Assembly: GCA_045126575.1 (NCBI GenBank)
Contig: JBGVOQ010000019.1
Location: forward strand, 39,876-103,875
DNA length: 64,000 bases
Direction: 5' to 3'
Origin: Candidatus Onthoplasma sp.
Lineage (GTDB): Bacteria; Bacillota; Clostridia; Christensenellales; UBA1242
Numbering within the stretch: position 1 is the first letter of the stretch; every line of letters begins with the position of its first letter. This document shows positions 1-9,874 of the stretch, one piece after another. The position numbers and the translations under genes were made by a program. The notes beneath the pieces were generated by a model. That model did not search any database. It saw nothing but the letters and a program-made list of their open reading frames with translations, and was not told the origin of the DNA.

Positions 1-840
1 ATTTTGATTTTTGCAGAAAAACATAGCGAAATAAGTGCGGTGCTTATAGTAAAAGGTGATAATGCATATAATCCTGCAATCGAAAAAGTGGTTAGCAAAA
101 ACTTTGGTTGTAAAATGGGTGTGGTAGAAATTGAACCGACTGACTTAAGTGACTATTATTCAGTTAGGCTAACCAAGATGTGTGGTCGTGATGTTGTGTT
201 TGGCATTAGTAATATAACCAAGGCCGGCTCAAATTCGTCTGGCGATAGTCACACTTTGATTAGGTTGGGTAACAATAAATATTTGCTAGCATTGTGTGAT
301 GGTATGGGTAGTGGTGAAAATGCGCAAAAAATGAGTGCGCTAACAATTGGCTTGATTGAAAATTTTTATCGAGCGGGTTTTGATGATGACTTTATTTTAA
401 ACAATGTCAACAAATTGATTTCAATCAATAATCATGAATCGTATTCCACGCTTGATTTATGTGTGCTAGATTTAAGCAAGGAAATAATTAGTTTTATTAA
501 ACTTGGCGCTACCTATGGCGCAATTAAACGAGATAAGCAGGTTGAAAAGGTTGAAACTGGTTCCTTGCCAATTGGTGTTGTGGGTCAGGTTGCGCCCAAG
601 ATAAATCACTTTGCTGTGTCGTCACACGATATGATAATAATGGTTACAGATGGAATAACCGATGCGTTTGGAGAATATGAAGAATTTGCCGAATTTGTAA
701 ATGCAATTGTTAGCTCAAATCCGCAGGTCGTGGCGCAAACGATATTGGACGAGGCGCTTGCACGTAACGGAAATATTGCAAAGGACGATATGACAGTATT
801 GGTGGCTAGAACATTCTTAAGAGGAAATAAAAATAAATAA
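1..840 (+). CDS. spoIIE: Stage II sporulation protein E, C-terminal PP2C phosphatase domain (5'-truncated by window edge)
   Basis: Frame is open to the window edge. PP2C-type motifs LALCDGMGSGENAQKMS and IIMVTDGITDAF are typical of the SpoIIE phosphatase domain. Confidence 0.8.
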   Translation: MLIFAEKHSEISAVLIVKGDNAYNPAIEKVVSKNFGCKMGVVEIEPTDLSDYYSVRLTKMCGRDVVFGISNITKAGSNSSGDSHTLIRLGNNKYLLALCDGMGSGENAQKMSALTIGLIENFYRAGFDDDFILNNVNKLISINNHESYSTLDLCVLDLSKEIISFIKLGATYGAIKRDKQVEKVETGSLPIGVVGQVAPKINHFAVSSHDMIIMVTDGITDAFGEYEEFAEFVNAIVSSNPQVVAQTILDEALARNGNIAKDDMTVLVARTFLRGNKNK

Positions 841-942
841 TATTTATTAAGTAAAATTTAAAATATATAAACAAAAAAATTAATAAATATTAAATATATT
901 TCAATAATTATTTAATTCATCTAAATAATTAAATAAAAATAC

Positions 943-963
943 AAAAATAAACAAATTTGCTAT
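943..963. repeat. 21-nt exact repeat, copy 1 (AAAAATAAACAAATTTGCTAT)
   Basis: Identical to 32514-32534. Both copies lie at the 3' end of a minus-strand gene, in near-pure A/T spacers. Confidence 0.7.
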
Positions 964-1838
964 AAATAAGGTATGTATTCAATCTCGTTTATTAAATTAG
1001 TTGAATATTTTTCATATATTTTATTTTTAATTAAATTAATCAAATTAATAATATCGTTACATTTTGCATTTCCAATATTTACAATAAAACCTGCATGTTT
1101 ATTTGATATTTGCGCTCCGCCAATAGTTGTTCCCTTTAGCCCGGATTCGTCAATTAGTTTGGCAGGTATAATATTTTCGGTTCGCTTAAAAATGCTTCCA
1201 GCATTTGGGAAATTTAAAGGCTGGGAGTTTTTTCGTTTTTCAAAATATTGCAACATTTTAAATTGTGTAGTTTGACTGGATTGATATGGCAAGGCAAATG
1301 TTGCGCCTAGCACTGTTAACTTTTGATTTTGCAATCCGCTGGAGTGATAATCAAATTTGCAATCATGTTTTGTTAGGTATTTAATTTGATTGTTTTTTAG
1401 TATGGTAACGTGCTGAATGTAAGTTGATATTTCTTGATTATAAGCACCCAAATTATTCACTATTGCGCCACCCAGCATTGCAGGCACGCCAACGCTAAAT
1501 TCTAATCCGCCAATGTTATAAGTTTTGCAAAACTGAATTAGTTCGTTTAAGCAGCAGCCACTGCTTGCTTGGAGTAATCCGTTTTTGATAAGTTTGGTGT
1601 TATCATCATATTTTATAATTGCACCGCGATAGCCCAAATCGTCAAACAAAATATTGGAACCACCGCCAATTAATTTGTGCGGAATGGAATGCTGCTTACA
1701 GGTTTCCAAACAATCTAATAAAGCATCAACCGAGTGTGCTGCTATAAAATATTTTGCATTGCCGCCAATCTTAAATGAGCAATGCTTGCTTAGAGGTTCG
1801 TTAAGTTTTAATGTAATGTTGTTTATTTTAGAAAACAT
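960..1838 (-). CDS. murB: UDP-N-acetylenolpyruvoylglucosamine reductase
   Basis: 292 aa. Motifs FKIGGNAKYF, IGGGSNILF and NAGSIFKR match MurB (FAD-binding plus C-terminal domain). Confidence 0.9.
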   Translation of the reverse strand: MFSKINNITLKLNEPLSKHCSFKIGGNAKYFIAAHSVDALLDCLETCKQHSIPHKLIGGGSNILFDDLGYRGAIIKYDDNTKLIKNGLLQASSGCCLNELIQFCKTYNIGGLEFSVGVPAMLGGAIVNNLGAYNQEISTYIQHVTILKNNQIKYLTKHDCKFDYHSSGLQNQKLTVLGATFALPYQSSQTTQFKMLQYFEKRKNSQPLNFPNAGSIFKRTENIIPAKLIDESGLKGTTIGGAQISNKHAGFIVNIGNAKCNDIINLINLIKNKIYEKYSTNLINEIEYIPYL

Positions 1839-1855
1839 AAGTGCCTTTTATTAAA

Positions 1856-2767
1856 TTAAAAATTCTGTGCGGAAAAGATGTTTGGAATATAGCATGACTG
1901 CAAAGCCTTTTCCATTTCCATATATGTAGGCTCGGAATACAATTTTAAACCTTTTACGCTAAACAAACTTAATTTGCTAAGGTTTAATTGATTGCTATCG
2001 CTTAAAATATAGGATATGAAATTTAATGCATTTTTATTATTACAAGTTACACCAATGTACTGAATTAAATCTGAAAAAGTTGAAACAGGTTCATAGTTTA
2101 CGCTAAAGCGCCCAAGACTTTCAAGATTTTTTATTCTAAATAGGTCACGAGCTGTACCAAGCAGTTTAATATTATTGCTATTAACAAATTTGGTATAGCA
2201 TTGATATGAACTTAGGGTTTGATTGTTGTTAATTGTTTGATTGTCAACTAATGAGGTTGCATTATGTAAATTGTTGTTTGCGGTATAGATAGCTGTATCT
2301 GTACTAGAAGTTTTTGTAAAATAACAGTATCCGCTTGCAATAAATGGTGCGGCCAAAAGTTTGCCGCCATATCGTGCACTTTCAAGATAATTATCCATTA
2401 CATCATATTCACGGTCAAGCGATTGTAGGTGTGGCAAAATGGTTAGCGCAACTTGTTCGCTAAAAGAAATTAGATGAGGCACGTTTTGTCGCAATGCTTC
2501 CTGAAGTTGGTCAGCAGAAATTAACTTAACCATAACGAGTGTTGTAGGGTTTTCATTTTGGTAGGACAAGGCAAGTTGGTTTAAGTAGTTTTGTCTATTG
2601 GCGCCACCGCCTTCAAAGCTTTCAATGTGCCATAATTCCAATATTTCAAGGTTTGATTTATTACTTTCAATTAATGGTGTTTTATTAAACCTATTCAGGC
2701 ATACCAACAAGCTAAATGCAGTAAAAAAAACTATTAAGACGGTATTAACGATTTGTTTTAATCTCAT
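1856..2767 (-). CDS. Hypothetical membrane-anchored protein (soluble domain vaguely solute-binding-protein-like)
   Basis: 303 aa with a single N-terminal TM helix (VLIVFFTAFSLLVCL). Lies 17 nt upstream of murB on the same strand. No confident family recognised. Confidence 0.55.
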   Translation of the reverse strand: MRLKQIVNTVLIVFFTAFSLLVCLNRFNKTPLIESNKSNLEILELWHIESFEGGGANRQNYLNQLALSYQNENPTTLVMVKLISADQLQEALRQNVPHLISFSEQVALTILPHLQSLDREYDVMDNYLESARYGGKLLAAPFIASGYCYFTKTSSTDTAIYTANNNLHNATSLVDNQTINNNQTLSSYQCYTKFVNSNNIKLLGTARDLFRIKNLESLGRFSVNYEPVSTFSDLIQYIGVTCNNKNALNFISYILSDSNQLNLSKLSLFSVKGLKLYSEPTYMEMEKALQSCYIPNIFSAQNF

Positions 2768-2992
2768 AAGTATAATTATGTAGTGATTAGATTAAAAATA
2801 CTTAAGTAGAGTAAAATATTGTTTGTAAAAAGGCTAAATGGCAGCTGTTAAAGTAAATGCTAACCTTGTGTTGCTATATATGCGGCAACATACAAGTAGC
2901 GCAAAATCAATAGCCCTAATAAATTTTATGGTAGGTAAATAAAGTTGTGTTAAAATATTTTCAAAATATGTTTTATGTGATATAATAATTGT

Positions 2993-4810
2993 ATGGAATT
3001 GATAAAGGAAAAAATTAAAAACTTGCCAACTAATCCAGGCGTGTATTTGATGAAGGATAAGTACAACAATGTAATATATGTTGGTAAGGCTAAGAACTTA
3101 AAAAAGCGTGTAAGTCAATATTTCCTGCGCAAGCAAGATATACCTAAGGTGCAAGCAATGGTGGGTAATGTGGTTGACTTTGATTTTTTTGTGGTTGCAA
3201 CTGAGTATGATGCACTTGCGCTTGAGAGTAATTTAATAAAAAAATATCAACCATACTACAATATTCTTTTAAAAGACGGCAAGGCCTTTGCTTATATAAA
3301 GGTTAATTTGCATGAAGATTTTCCGAAGTTTGAGGTAACACGTAAAATTAATAGCAAGGATAAATTTTTTGGACCATATTTTGCAGGAATGAGCGCTAAT
3401 GATATCCTAGATATTATTAATTACGCATATCCGGTGCGAAAGTGCGCTCAAGCGCTTAGCGTAAATGGCAAAGAAAAAAAGTCGTGCCTGTATCATGATA
3501 TGCATTTGTGCAGTGCGCCGTGTGCTAAAAGGATAGATAAAGAAGAGTATCACGAGGTTGTGCACTCGGCAATCAAGTTTTTACGTGGTGACACTAAGGA
3601 GATTAAAGAAATTTTAACCAAGAAAATGGAAACTAGTGCCAAGGCGGAGAACTTTGAAACAGCATTAATTTTGCGTGACAAAATTAAAATGGTTGATAGG
3701 CTTAAGGACCGTGTGGTAATGCAATTACGCAACAATATCGACCTTGATGTGTTTAGTTTGTGTACCAATGGCGAACTTAGTGCAATGTGTGCGGTGGTTA
3801 TCCGTGGTGGAAAAGTGCAAGGAGTGCAGTCGTTTGATATACTCAATTTTATTGAAAAGGACGAGGCGTATCAACAATTTTTGGTGCAATATTATGCCAA
3901 TCACGTGTATAACGTGGATGAAATTATTTTACCAAAGGATATCGGTGATTTGGATGTGGTAAAACAGTATATTGAAAATAAGTATAACAAAAAAGTAACT
4001 ATTACTCAGCCGTCTACTAATACAGATAAAATGAAAATACTAAAGATGGCGGAGCAAAATGCATGCTTGCATCTTGAAAAGAATGTAGAGATTAACAAAA
4101 AGAAAATCAATTCGTCAATTGGAGCGGTTAAGCAACTGCAAAAAGAACTGGGTTTAACTCGTGAACCAAAGCGAATAGAATGTTTTGATATTTCACATAC
4201 TCATGGCGAATATACAGTTGCATCAATGTCGGTGTTAATTAATGGTGAAAAAGCCACATCACATTATCGTAAATTTAAGATTAAAAATGTGGACTTTATT
4301 GATGACTTTGCAAGTATGAACGAAGTTTTAACTAGACGTATGAATGAATTGAAAGGTGATGACATCAGTTTTTCATCTATGCCAGATTTGATTATTATTG
4401 ACGGCGGTAAAGGTCAACTTGGTATTGCGTTAGAAGTCATTCAAAAATTTGGTTACACTAACGATATTATAAGTTTAGCCGAGCGCTTGGAGGAAGTGTT
4501 TGTGCCACATGAAAGCAAATCAATATTTTTACCACGTGGCAGTTATAGTTTGCGTTTACTTCAACTTGCACGTGATGAGGCACACCGTTTTGCAATCACC
4601 TACAATCGTCAACTTCGTACTAAAGGTATGTATAAGGGCGGATTGCAAGCAATCAAAGGCGTAGGACCAACCACACGAAAAATCCTACTAAGCAAATTCC
4701 GTACACTTGAGCGTATCAAAAATGCAACCCTTGAAGACCTACAAAACACTAAAGGAATTTCAAAAACTGTTGCAGAAAATATATATAACGCGTATCATAA
4801 AGAAATTTAA
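2993..4810 (+). CDS. uvrC: Excinuclease ABC subunit C
   Basis: 605 aa. N-terminal GIY-YIG (GVYLMKDKYNNVIYVGKAKNLKKRVSQYF) and C-terminal HhH (IKGVGPTTRKILL). Confidence 0.95.
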   Translation: MELIKEKIKNLPTNPGVYLMKDKYNNVIYVGKAKNLKKRVSQYFLRKQDIPKVQAMVGNVVDFDFFVVATEYDALALESNLIKKYQPYYNILLKDGKAFAYIKVNLHEDFPKFEVTRKINSKDKFFGPYFAGMSANDILDIINYAYPVRKCAQALSVNGKEKKSCLYHDMHLCSAPCAKRIDKEEYHEVVHSAIKFLRGDTKEIKEILTKKMETSAKAENFETALILRDKIKMVDRLKDRVVMQLRNNIDLDVFSLCTNGELSAMCAVVIRGGKVQGVQSFDILNFIEKDEAYQQFLVQYYANHVYNVDEIILPKDIGDLDVVKQYIENKYNKKVTITQPSTNTDKMKILKMAEQNACLHLEKNVEINKKKINSSIGAVKQLQKELGLTREPKRIECFDISHTHGEYTVASMSVLINGEKATSHYRKFKIKNVDFIDDFASMNEVLTRRMNELKGDDISFSSMPDLIIIDGGKGQLGIALEVIQKFGYTNDIISLAERLEEVFVPHESKSIFLPRGSYSLRLLQLARDEAHRFAITYNRQLRTKGMYKGGLQAIKGVGPTTRKILLSKFRTLERIKNATLEDLQNTKGISKTVAENIYNAYHKEI

Positions 4811-4825
4811 ACAAAGGAGAAGATT

Positions 4826-5575
4826 ATGAACACAATAATTTTAACAAGTTATTTAGATTTCTATGAAAAAGATGAGCAAGGAAACAAGGTTGCTCACAAC
4901 TTTGGAAATGACAACGGAATTTTAGATTGTTTGAAAGCAAACACTAAAAAATGTGGAAACTTCCTATTTGTTGGTAATGGTGTGGAAGGAGCAAAATCAG
5001 AGCAATATTTTAAAATTGCCTGTGAGTCGTTTAAATTGACTATGCCTTTTAAAAACTATAACGTGTTAAATAATAGCACAAAAGATAAAGCGAAAGAGTT
5101 GGTTAAAAATGCAGATTTTATATTCCTATGTGGCGGACATCTACCAACACAAAATGCTTTCTTCAATGAAATAGGATTAAAAGAGCTGTTAAAAAACACA
5201 AATGCTTTAATAGTTGGTGGAAGTGCTGGCAGTATGAATTGTGCTGATGTGGTGTATTGTCCTCCAGAACTTGAAGAAGAAGTTGAGGATACAAATTTCA
5301 ATAGATACTTAAAAGGTTTGGGATTAACCAACATTAATATATTACCACACTTTGAAGAATTTAAAAGAATGACTATATGTGGTAAAAGATATATAGATGA
5401 TATAATCGTTCCAGATAGTAAGAAGATTGATATTATAGGACTTAATAATGGTAGTTATATAGTTATTCAAAACAATCAGTCAACAATCTATGGCGAAAGT
5501 TATTTAATTCGCAAAGGACAAATAACACAAATTAATGAAAACAACAATACTAGGAGTTTGCAAAATGTTAAATAA
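4826..5575 (+). CDS. Peptidase S51 (dipeptidase E-like) family protein
   Basis: 249 aa. The IVGGSAGSMN nucleophile-elbow motif and overall layout resemble S51 / class-I glutamine-amidotransferase-like peptidases. RBS AAGGAGAAG lies upstream. Confidence 0.6.
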   Translation: MNTIILTSYLDFYEKDEQGNKVAHNFGNDNGILDCLKANTKKCGNFLFVGNGVEGAKSEQYFKIACESFKLTMPFKNYNVLNNSTKDKAKELVKNADFIFLCGGHLPTQNAFFNEIGLKELLKNTNALIVGGSAGSMNCADVVYCPPELEEEVEDTNFNRYLKGLGLTNINILPHFEEFKRMTICGKRYIDDIIVPDSKKIDIIGLNNGSYIVIQNNQSTIYGESYLIRKGQITQINENNNTRSLQNVK

Positions 5576-5924
5576 ATATTTTAAGAGTATTATAGACCAA
5601 ACTGAAGAACCGGTTGTAATATGCGATTTGGATTTTAAGATTTTGTATATGAATAGTGTTGCAGTAGAAAACTATCATCAAGATTTAACTGGCAAAAATT
5701 TAAGAGATTGCCACAACGCAGATTCAAACAAAAAAATGGAGCAAATAATAGATTGGTTTAGAAAAGACACTAGGAACAACAAAGTATACACCTATCATAG
5801 CAACAAATTAAATCATGATACTTACATAGTTGCATTGCGTGATGAAAATCAAGAACTTATAGGATTTTACGAAAGGCATATTAGTCGAAATGTTGACACA
5901 AATGAAAGATATGTAATGGGTTAG
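5565..5924 (+). CDS. Stand-alone PAS domain protein
   Basis: Track ORF is 5535-5924. I prefer the ATG at 5565, which overlaps the upstream stop (ATGTTAAATAA). The sequence EEPVVICDLDFKILYMNSVAVENY...IVALRDENQELIGFYE looks like a PAS fold. Confidence 0.6.
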   Translation: MLNKYFKSIIDQTEEPVVICDLDFKILYMNSVAVENYHQDLTGKNLRDCHNADSNKKMEQIIDWFRKDTRNNKVYTYHSNKLNHDTYIVALRDENQELIGFYERHISRNVDTNERYVMG

Positions 5925-6005
5925 CTATTATTAAAAGTTAAACATATTTATAAAAACTTGACAATGTGTATAAATATATGAAATAATATTTACAGAAGGA
6001 TAAAA

Positions 6006-6920
6006 ATGAGTATTATTGAGATTAAAAATTTAAGGAAAAGTTTTGGTTCGATAAAAGCGGTGAATGATATCTCGTTTACTGTTGAGGAGGGAAACCTGTT
6101 TGCTTTTTTAGGTGTAAATGGTGCAGGTAAGTCAACAACAATTAACATTATATGTGGCGATTATGAAAAAGACAATGGAACCGTCATTGTTGATGGTGTA
6201 AATATTGACAATCAACCTAATTTGATTAAGCCAAAACTAGGTGTGGTTTATCAAGATTCCGTATTGGACAAGCAATTAAGTGTTAAGGATAATTTGGAAT
6301 ATAAGGCAAGTTTGTATGGAATAAAGGGTAAAGAATTTAAACATAGACTGCAAGAGATTGACAAACTGCTTGATATTGAAAAATTGCTTAACCGACCGCT
6401 TGGAAAACTTTCGGGTGGACAAAGGCGAAGGGTGGATATTGCAAGGGCGATATTACATAGTCCTAAAATTTTAATATTGGACGAGCCTACAACTGGGCTT
6501 GACCCTCAAACAAGAAGTAAAGTGTGGGATGCATTAAATTTGTTACGCAAAAAGGATAATGTAACAATATTTTTGACCACCCATTATATGGAAGAAGCCG
6601 CAGATGCTGACAATGTGGTAATACTAGATAATGGAAAGATTGTGGCGCAAGGAACACCTTTTCAATTAAAAAAGAAATATGCCAGTGACTATATTAGATT
6701 GTATAATGTTAAGGAAAAAGATATCAAAGCCCTAGATGTTGATTACGAAAAGTTGGTTGATTGCTTTAAAATTGCTGTAAAAACCACGCAAGAGGCAACA
6801 CAATTAATATTGGATAATCCAAAGTTGTTTAAAGACTATGAAATTACTAAAGGCAAATTAGATGATGTGTTTTTGGCGGTTACAGGCAAAAAATTAGTTC
6901 AAGGAGATACAAATGAATAG
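6006..6920 (+). CDS. ABC transporter ATP-binding protein (ABC-2/DrrA-like exporter)
   Basis: Walker A GVNGAGKST, signature LSGGQRRR, Walker B ILILDEPTTGLD. Confidence 0.9.
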   Translation: MSIIEIKNLRKSFGSIKAVNDISFTVEEGNLFAFLGVNGAGKSTTINIICGDYEKDNGTVIVDGVNIDNQPNLIKPKLGVVYQDSVLDKQLSVKDNLEYKASLYGIKGKEFKHRLQEIDKLLDIEKLLNRPLGKLSGGQRRRVDIARAILHSPKILILDEPTTGLDPQTRSKVWDALNLLRKKDNVTIFLTTHYMEEAADADNVVILDNGKIVAQGTPFQLKKKYASDYIRLYNVKEKDIKALDVDYEKLVDCFKIAVKTTQEATQLILDNPKLFKDYEITKGKLDDVFLAVTGKKLVQGDTNE

Positions 6921-7839
6921 TTTTAATATGTTGACTAAGCGAAATGTTAAATTGTTCTTTAAGGATAAAGGCTTATTTTTCTGCTCGCTTATCACTCCAT
7001 TGATATTATTGGTTTTGTATATTACCTTTTTAGGCAAAGTATTTAAAGATTCATACATGATGAATATTCCTGCCGAATTAAATGTAAGCGAAAGCATTTT
7101 AAATGGTCTGGCAGGCGGGCAATTACTTTCATCACTACTAGCGGTTTGTTGTGTGACAGTTGCTTTTTCTGCCAATATGTTAATGGTTCAAGATAAGTTT
7201 ACTGGAGCAAGAAAGGATTTGCTTATCACGCCATTAAAAAGGTCTAAGCTTGCATTATCATATTATGCATCAACCTTTATTTGTACTTTTTTGATTTGTG
7301 CTATAGCAACATTTGCCTGCTTTATATATTTAGGTGTGGTTGGCTGGTATCTAAGTTTTGCAGATTGCTTGTTTATATTGCTAGACGTGTTTATACTTAC
7401 ATTGTTTGGTACCGCGCTATCATCTTTGGTAAATCACTTTTTGTCTACTCAAGGTCAGGTTTCGGCGGTTGGAACAATCGTTAGTTCTATGTACGGATTT
7501 ATATGTGGCGCATATATGCCTATTGCGAGTTTTGGAACAGGACTTCAAAAGGTGTTAATGTTTTTGCCTGGAACATATGGCTCATCACTTATCAGAAATC
7601 ACACAATGCGTGGAGCACTCGAGGCTCTAGGTGATAGTGGAGTTTCAGCCGAAACTATTGAAAGTATAAAAACGGGAATAGACTGTAATTTATCATTCTT
7701 TGGTCATAACGTGAGTATTGGAATGATGTACTTAGTGATTATTGCATCAATTACACTTTTTGTAGGCGCATTTATATTAATCAATGTTATACAGGAGAGA
7801 AAAAGACAAAAGCGATTAAAGCCTAGAGCAGTAAAATAA
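6913..7839 (+). CDS. ABC-2 type transporter permease
   Basis: 308 aa with about 6 TM helices. Overlaps the ATPase gene by 8 nt, suggesting translational coupling. Confidence 0.8.
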   Translation: MNSFNMLTKRNVKLFFKDKGLFFCSLITPLILLVLYITFLGKVFKDSYMMNIPAELNVSESILNGLAGGQLLSSLLAVCCVTVAFSANMLMVQDKFTGARKDLLITPLKRSKLALSYYASTFICTFLICAIATFACFIYLGVVGWYLSFADCLFILLDVFILTLFGTALSSLVNHFLSTQGQVSAVGTIVSSMYGFICGAYMPIASFGTGLQKVLMFLPGTYGSSLIRNHTMRGALEALGDSGVSAETIESIKTGIDCNLSFFGHNVSIGMMYLVIIASITLFVGAFILINVIQERKRQKRLKPRAVK

Positions 7840-7852
7840 AAAAGAAAGAAGG

Positions 7853-8416
7853 TTACTTGCTTTCTTTTTTGTTACAATATTTTAGTATTAGGGTTATTAG
7901 TTTGTTTACATCTTCGCTAATACAACTTAGTTTTAGGTATGGTAGAAGTTTGTCGTTGTAGTACAATATAATTGTTTTAGTTTTTGGTTTAAACATTCTA
8001 TCAACAATAGCGGTTTTGATTTTGTAACCGGTGAACTTAGAGTTGTCGGCATAGGTGCAGGCATCTTCGTATGCCTTTAGTATATAATTTTCATATAATG
8101 TATATTCTACTTTGATTAATGATTTTTTAACCGCCAATATTGTCCACAATATGCAACAAAATATTGTGATAAATGCAATAACCGTAACAACCCAGTTGTT
8201 AAAGATTAGCACAAACCTAACAAAGATTAGTATAAGTATTGCAGATAACACGCTCATAACCACAGCATTGGTTTTACGATATTTTTCTACATCCAATTTT
8301 ATACTATGAACCTTTTTACCAAGCACAGGCGGACATTCATTAATGTGCTTGTGTGGGTTGTGGGCTTTTTGCTGATGAACATCTTGTTTAATTAAATTAT
8401 TTTTATTCTTTTTCAT
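7853..8416 (-). CDS. Hypothetical membrane protein (two TM helices plus a possible bacterial PH-like C-terminal domain)
   Basis: 187 aa. Central hydrophobic hairpin VVMSVLSAILILIFVRFVLIF...VTVIAFITIFCCILWTILAV. The family call is tentative. Confidence 0.55.
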   Translation of the reverse strand: MKKNKNNLIKQDVHQQKAHNPHKHINECPPVLGKKVHSIKLDVEKYRKTNAVVMSVLSAILILIFVRFVLIFNNWVVTVIAFITIFCCILWTILAVKKSLIKVEYTLYENYILKAYEDACTYADNSKFTGYKIKTAIVDRMFKPKTKTIILYYNDKLLPYLKLSCISEDVNKLITLILKYCNKKESK

Positions 8417-8425
8417 AACATTTCC

Positions 8426-8587
8426 TTATCTTTCAAGGTTATTTTTAGGGCTATATCGTTTAACTAAAATAGGTTTTTGTTGTTCTTTTTTCAAACATTC
8501 ATCTAATAATCCTTGAGATGTTGTTTTAGTTGAACTATCAACCACTTCTATTCCTATTAACGATACCAATTTTTCAAAAATTCGCAT
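8426..8587 (-). CDS. Small hypothetical protein (53 aa), not in the ORF track
   Basis: My own translation gives MRIFEKLVSLIGIEVVDSSTKTTSQGLLDECLKKEQQKPILVKRYSPKNNLER. A strong RBS AGGAGAAT lies about 5 nt upstream. The stop lies 9 nt before the start of the 7853-8416 gene. Confidence 0.35.
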   Translation of the reverse strand: MRIFEKLVSLIGIEVVDSSTKTTSQGLLDECLKKEQQKPILVKRYSPKNNLER

Positions 8588-8636
8588 AATATTCTCCTAA
8601 ACTAGATTATATCACAAAATTTGGATTTGTAAATAC

Positions 8637-9725
8637 CTAAACATTAAATTTAAATACTACAATGTCGCCGTCTTGCATTACATAATCTTTACCAGCGCTT
8701 ATGATTTTTCCTTTTGCACGTGCATTTGCATAGTCGCCCGCTTCGATTAGGTCATCATATTTTACCACATCAGCACGGATAAAGCCACGTTCAAAGTCGG
8801 TGTGAATTTTGCCAGCCGCTTGTGGTGCAAGTGTGCCTTTAGTGATTGTCCAAGCACGAACTTCCTTTTCGCCTGCGGTTAGGTAACTGATTAGACCAAG
8901 AAGGGAATAACTTGCAACAATAAGTTTGTCAAGGCCGGAGTGGGAGATGCCTAGTTCTTCCATAAACATTTCACGTTCTTCATCACTTAAACTTACAAGT
9001 TCTTCTTCCAATCTAGCGCAAAGGCTAATCATTTCAGCACCTTCGCTTTTTGCAAGTGCTTCGATTTTGGTTAAATTTTCACGTTGATAGTCGTCAAGGG
9101 TGTCGCTAGTATTTGCTACATATATAATTGGCTTGGTTGTGATTAGGAAAAAGCCGTTGACAATTTTTTGCTCTTCTTCATCAAAACTTAACATACGTGC
9201 TGGCTTTTGCTCGGCAAGAGTTTTATATATACGGTCAAGTAATTCCTTTTCCTTAATAGCAGTAGCATCACCACCGTGAACAAGTTTGTCAACTTTTCCA
9301 AGACGTTTTTGCACAGTTTCGATATCGGCAAGTATTAGTTCCATATTAATAGTTTCAATATCCCTAGCAGGGTCAACGCTGCCGTCCACGTGGATAATGT
9401 TGTCATTTTTAAAGCATCTAACCACGTGCAAAATTGCGTCAACTTCCTTGATATGGCTTAAAAATTTGTTACCAAGACCAGCACCTTCGCTAGCACCTTT
9501 AACAAGACCTGCAATATCCACAAATTCGATTTGGGCAGGGGTAACTTTTTGAGTATTATACATTTTAGCCAATACGTCAAGACGTGGGTCATAAACGTCT
9601 ACAACCCCTACATTTGGTTCGATTGTACAAAAAGGATAATTGGCACTCATAGCGCCAGCCTTTGTAATTGCATTAAATAATGTACTTTTGCCTACATTTG
9701 GCAAACCTACTACACCTAGTTTCAT
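8637..9725 (-). CDS. ychF: Ribosome-binding ATPase YchF
   Basis: G1 motif GLPNVGKSTLFNA with TGS and C-terminal domains. I prefer the start at MKLGVVG (9725) over the track start at 9752. Confidence 0.92.
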   Translation of the reverse strand: MKLGVVGLPNVGKSTLFNAITKAGAMSANYPFCTIEPNVGVVDVYDPRLDVLAKMYNTQKVTPAQIEFVDIAGLVKGASEGAGLGNKFLSHIKEVDAILHVVRCFKNDNIIHVDGSVDPARDIETINMELILADIETVQKRLGKVDKLVHGGDATAIKEKELLDRIYKTLAEQKPARMLSFDEEEQKIVNGFFLITTKPIIYVANTSDTLDDYQRENLTKIEALAKSEGAEMISLCARLEEELVSLSDEEREMFMEELGISHSGLDKLIVASYSLLGLISYLTAGEKEVRAWTITKGTLAPQAAGKIHTDFERGFIRADVVKYDDLIEAGDYANARAKGKIISAGKDYVMQDGDIVVFKFNV

Positions 9726-9874
9726 AATATACCTCTCAACTTGGCAAAGCAAGTCCTAGCGGACTTTAAAAGGCTAACACCTTTAGTTAAAGCGTACTTT
9801 AACGCTTTGCCTATAATAATTTTTAAAATACGTACATATATTACTACAAATAAACAAATTAATCAAGGTATTTT

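Noticed and set aside
973-1275. Numerous 60-160-aa ORFs in the track that lie antisense to, or nested within, long well-supported genes. Examples: 973-1275, 3550-3846, 9286-9552, 14904-15254, 23960-24349, 33482-33964, 40676-41116, 48601-49002, 51120-51524, 55159-55602.
   Set aside because: They have no RBS and low-complexity or hydrophobic shadow-frame composition. They overlap completely with genes carrying clear family motifs, so I treat them as spurious shadow ORFs.
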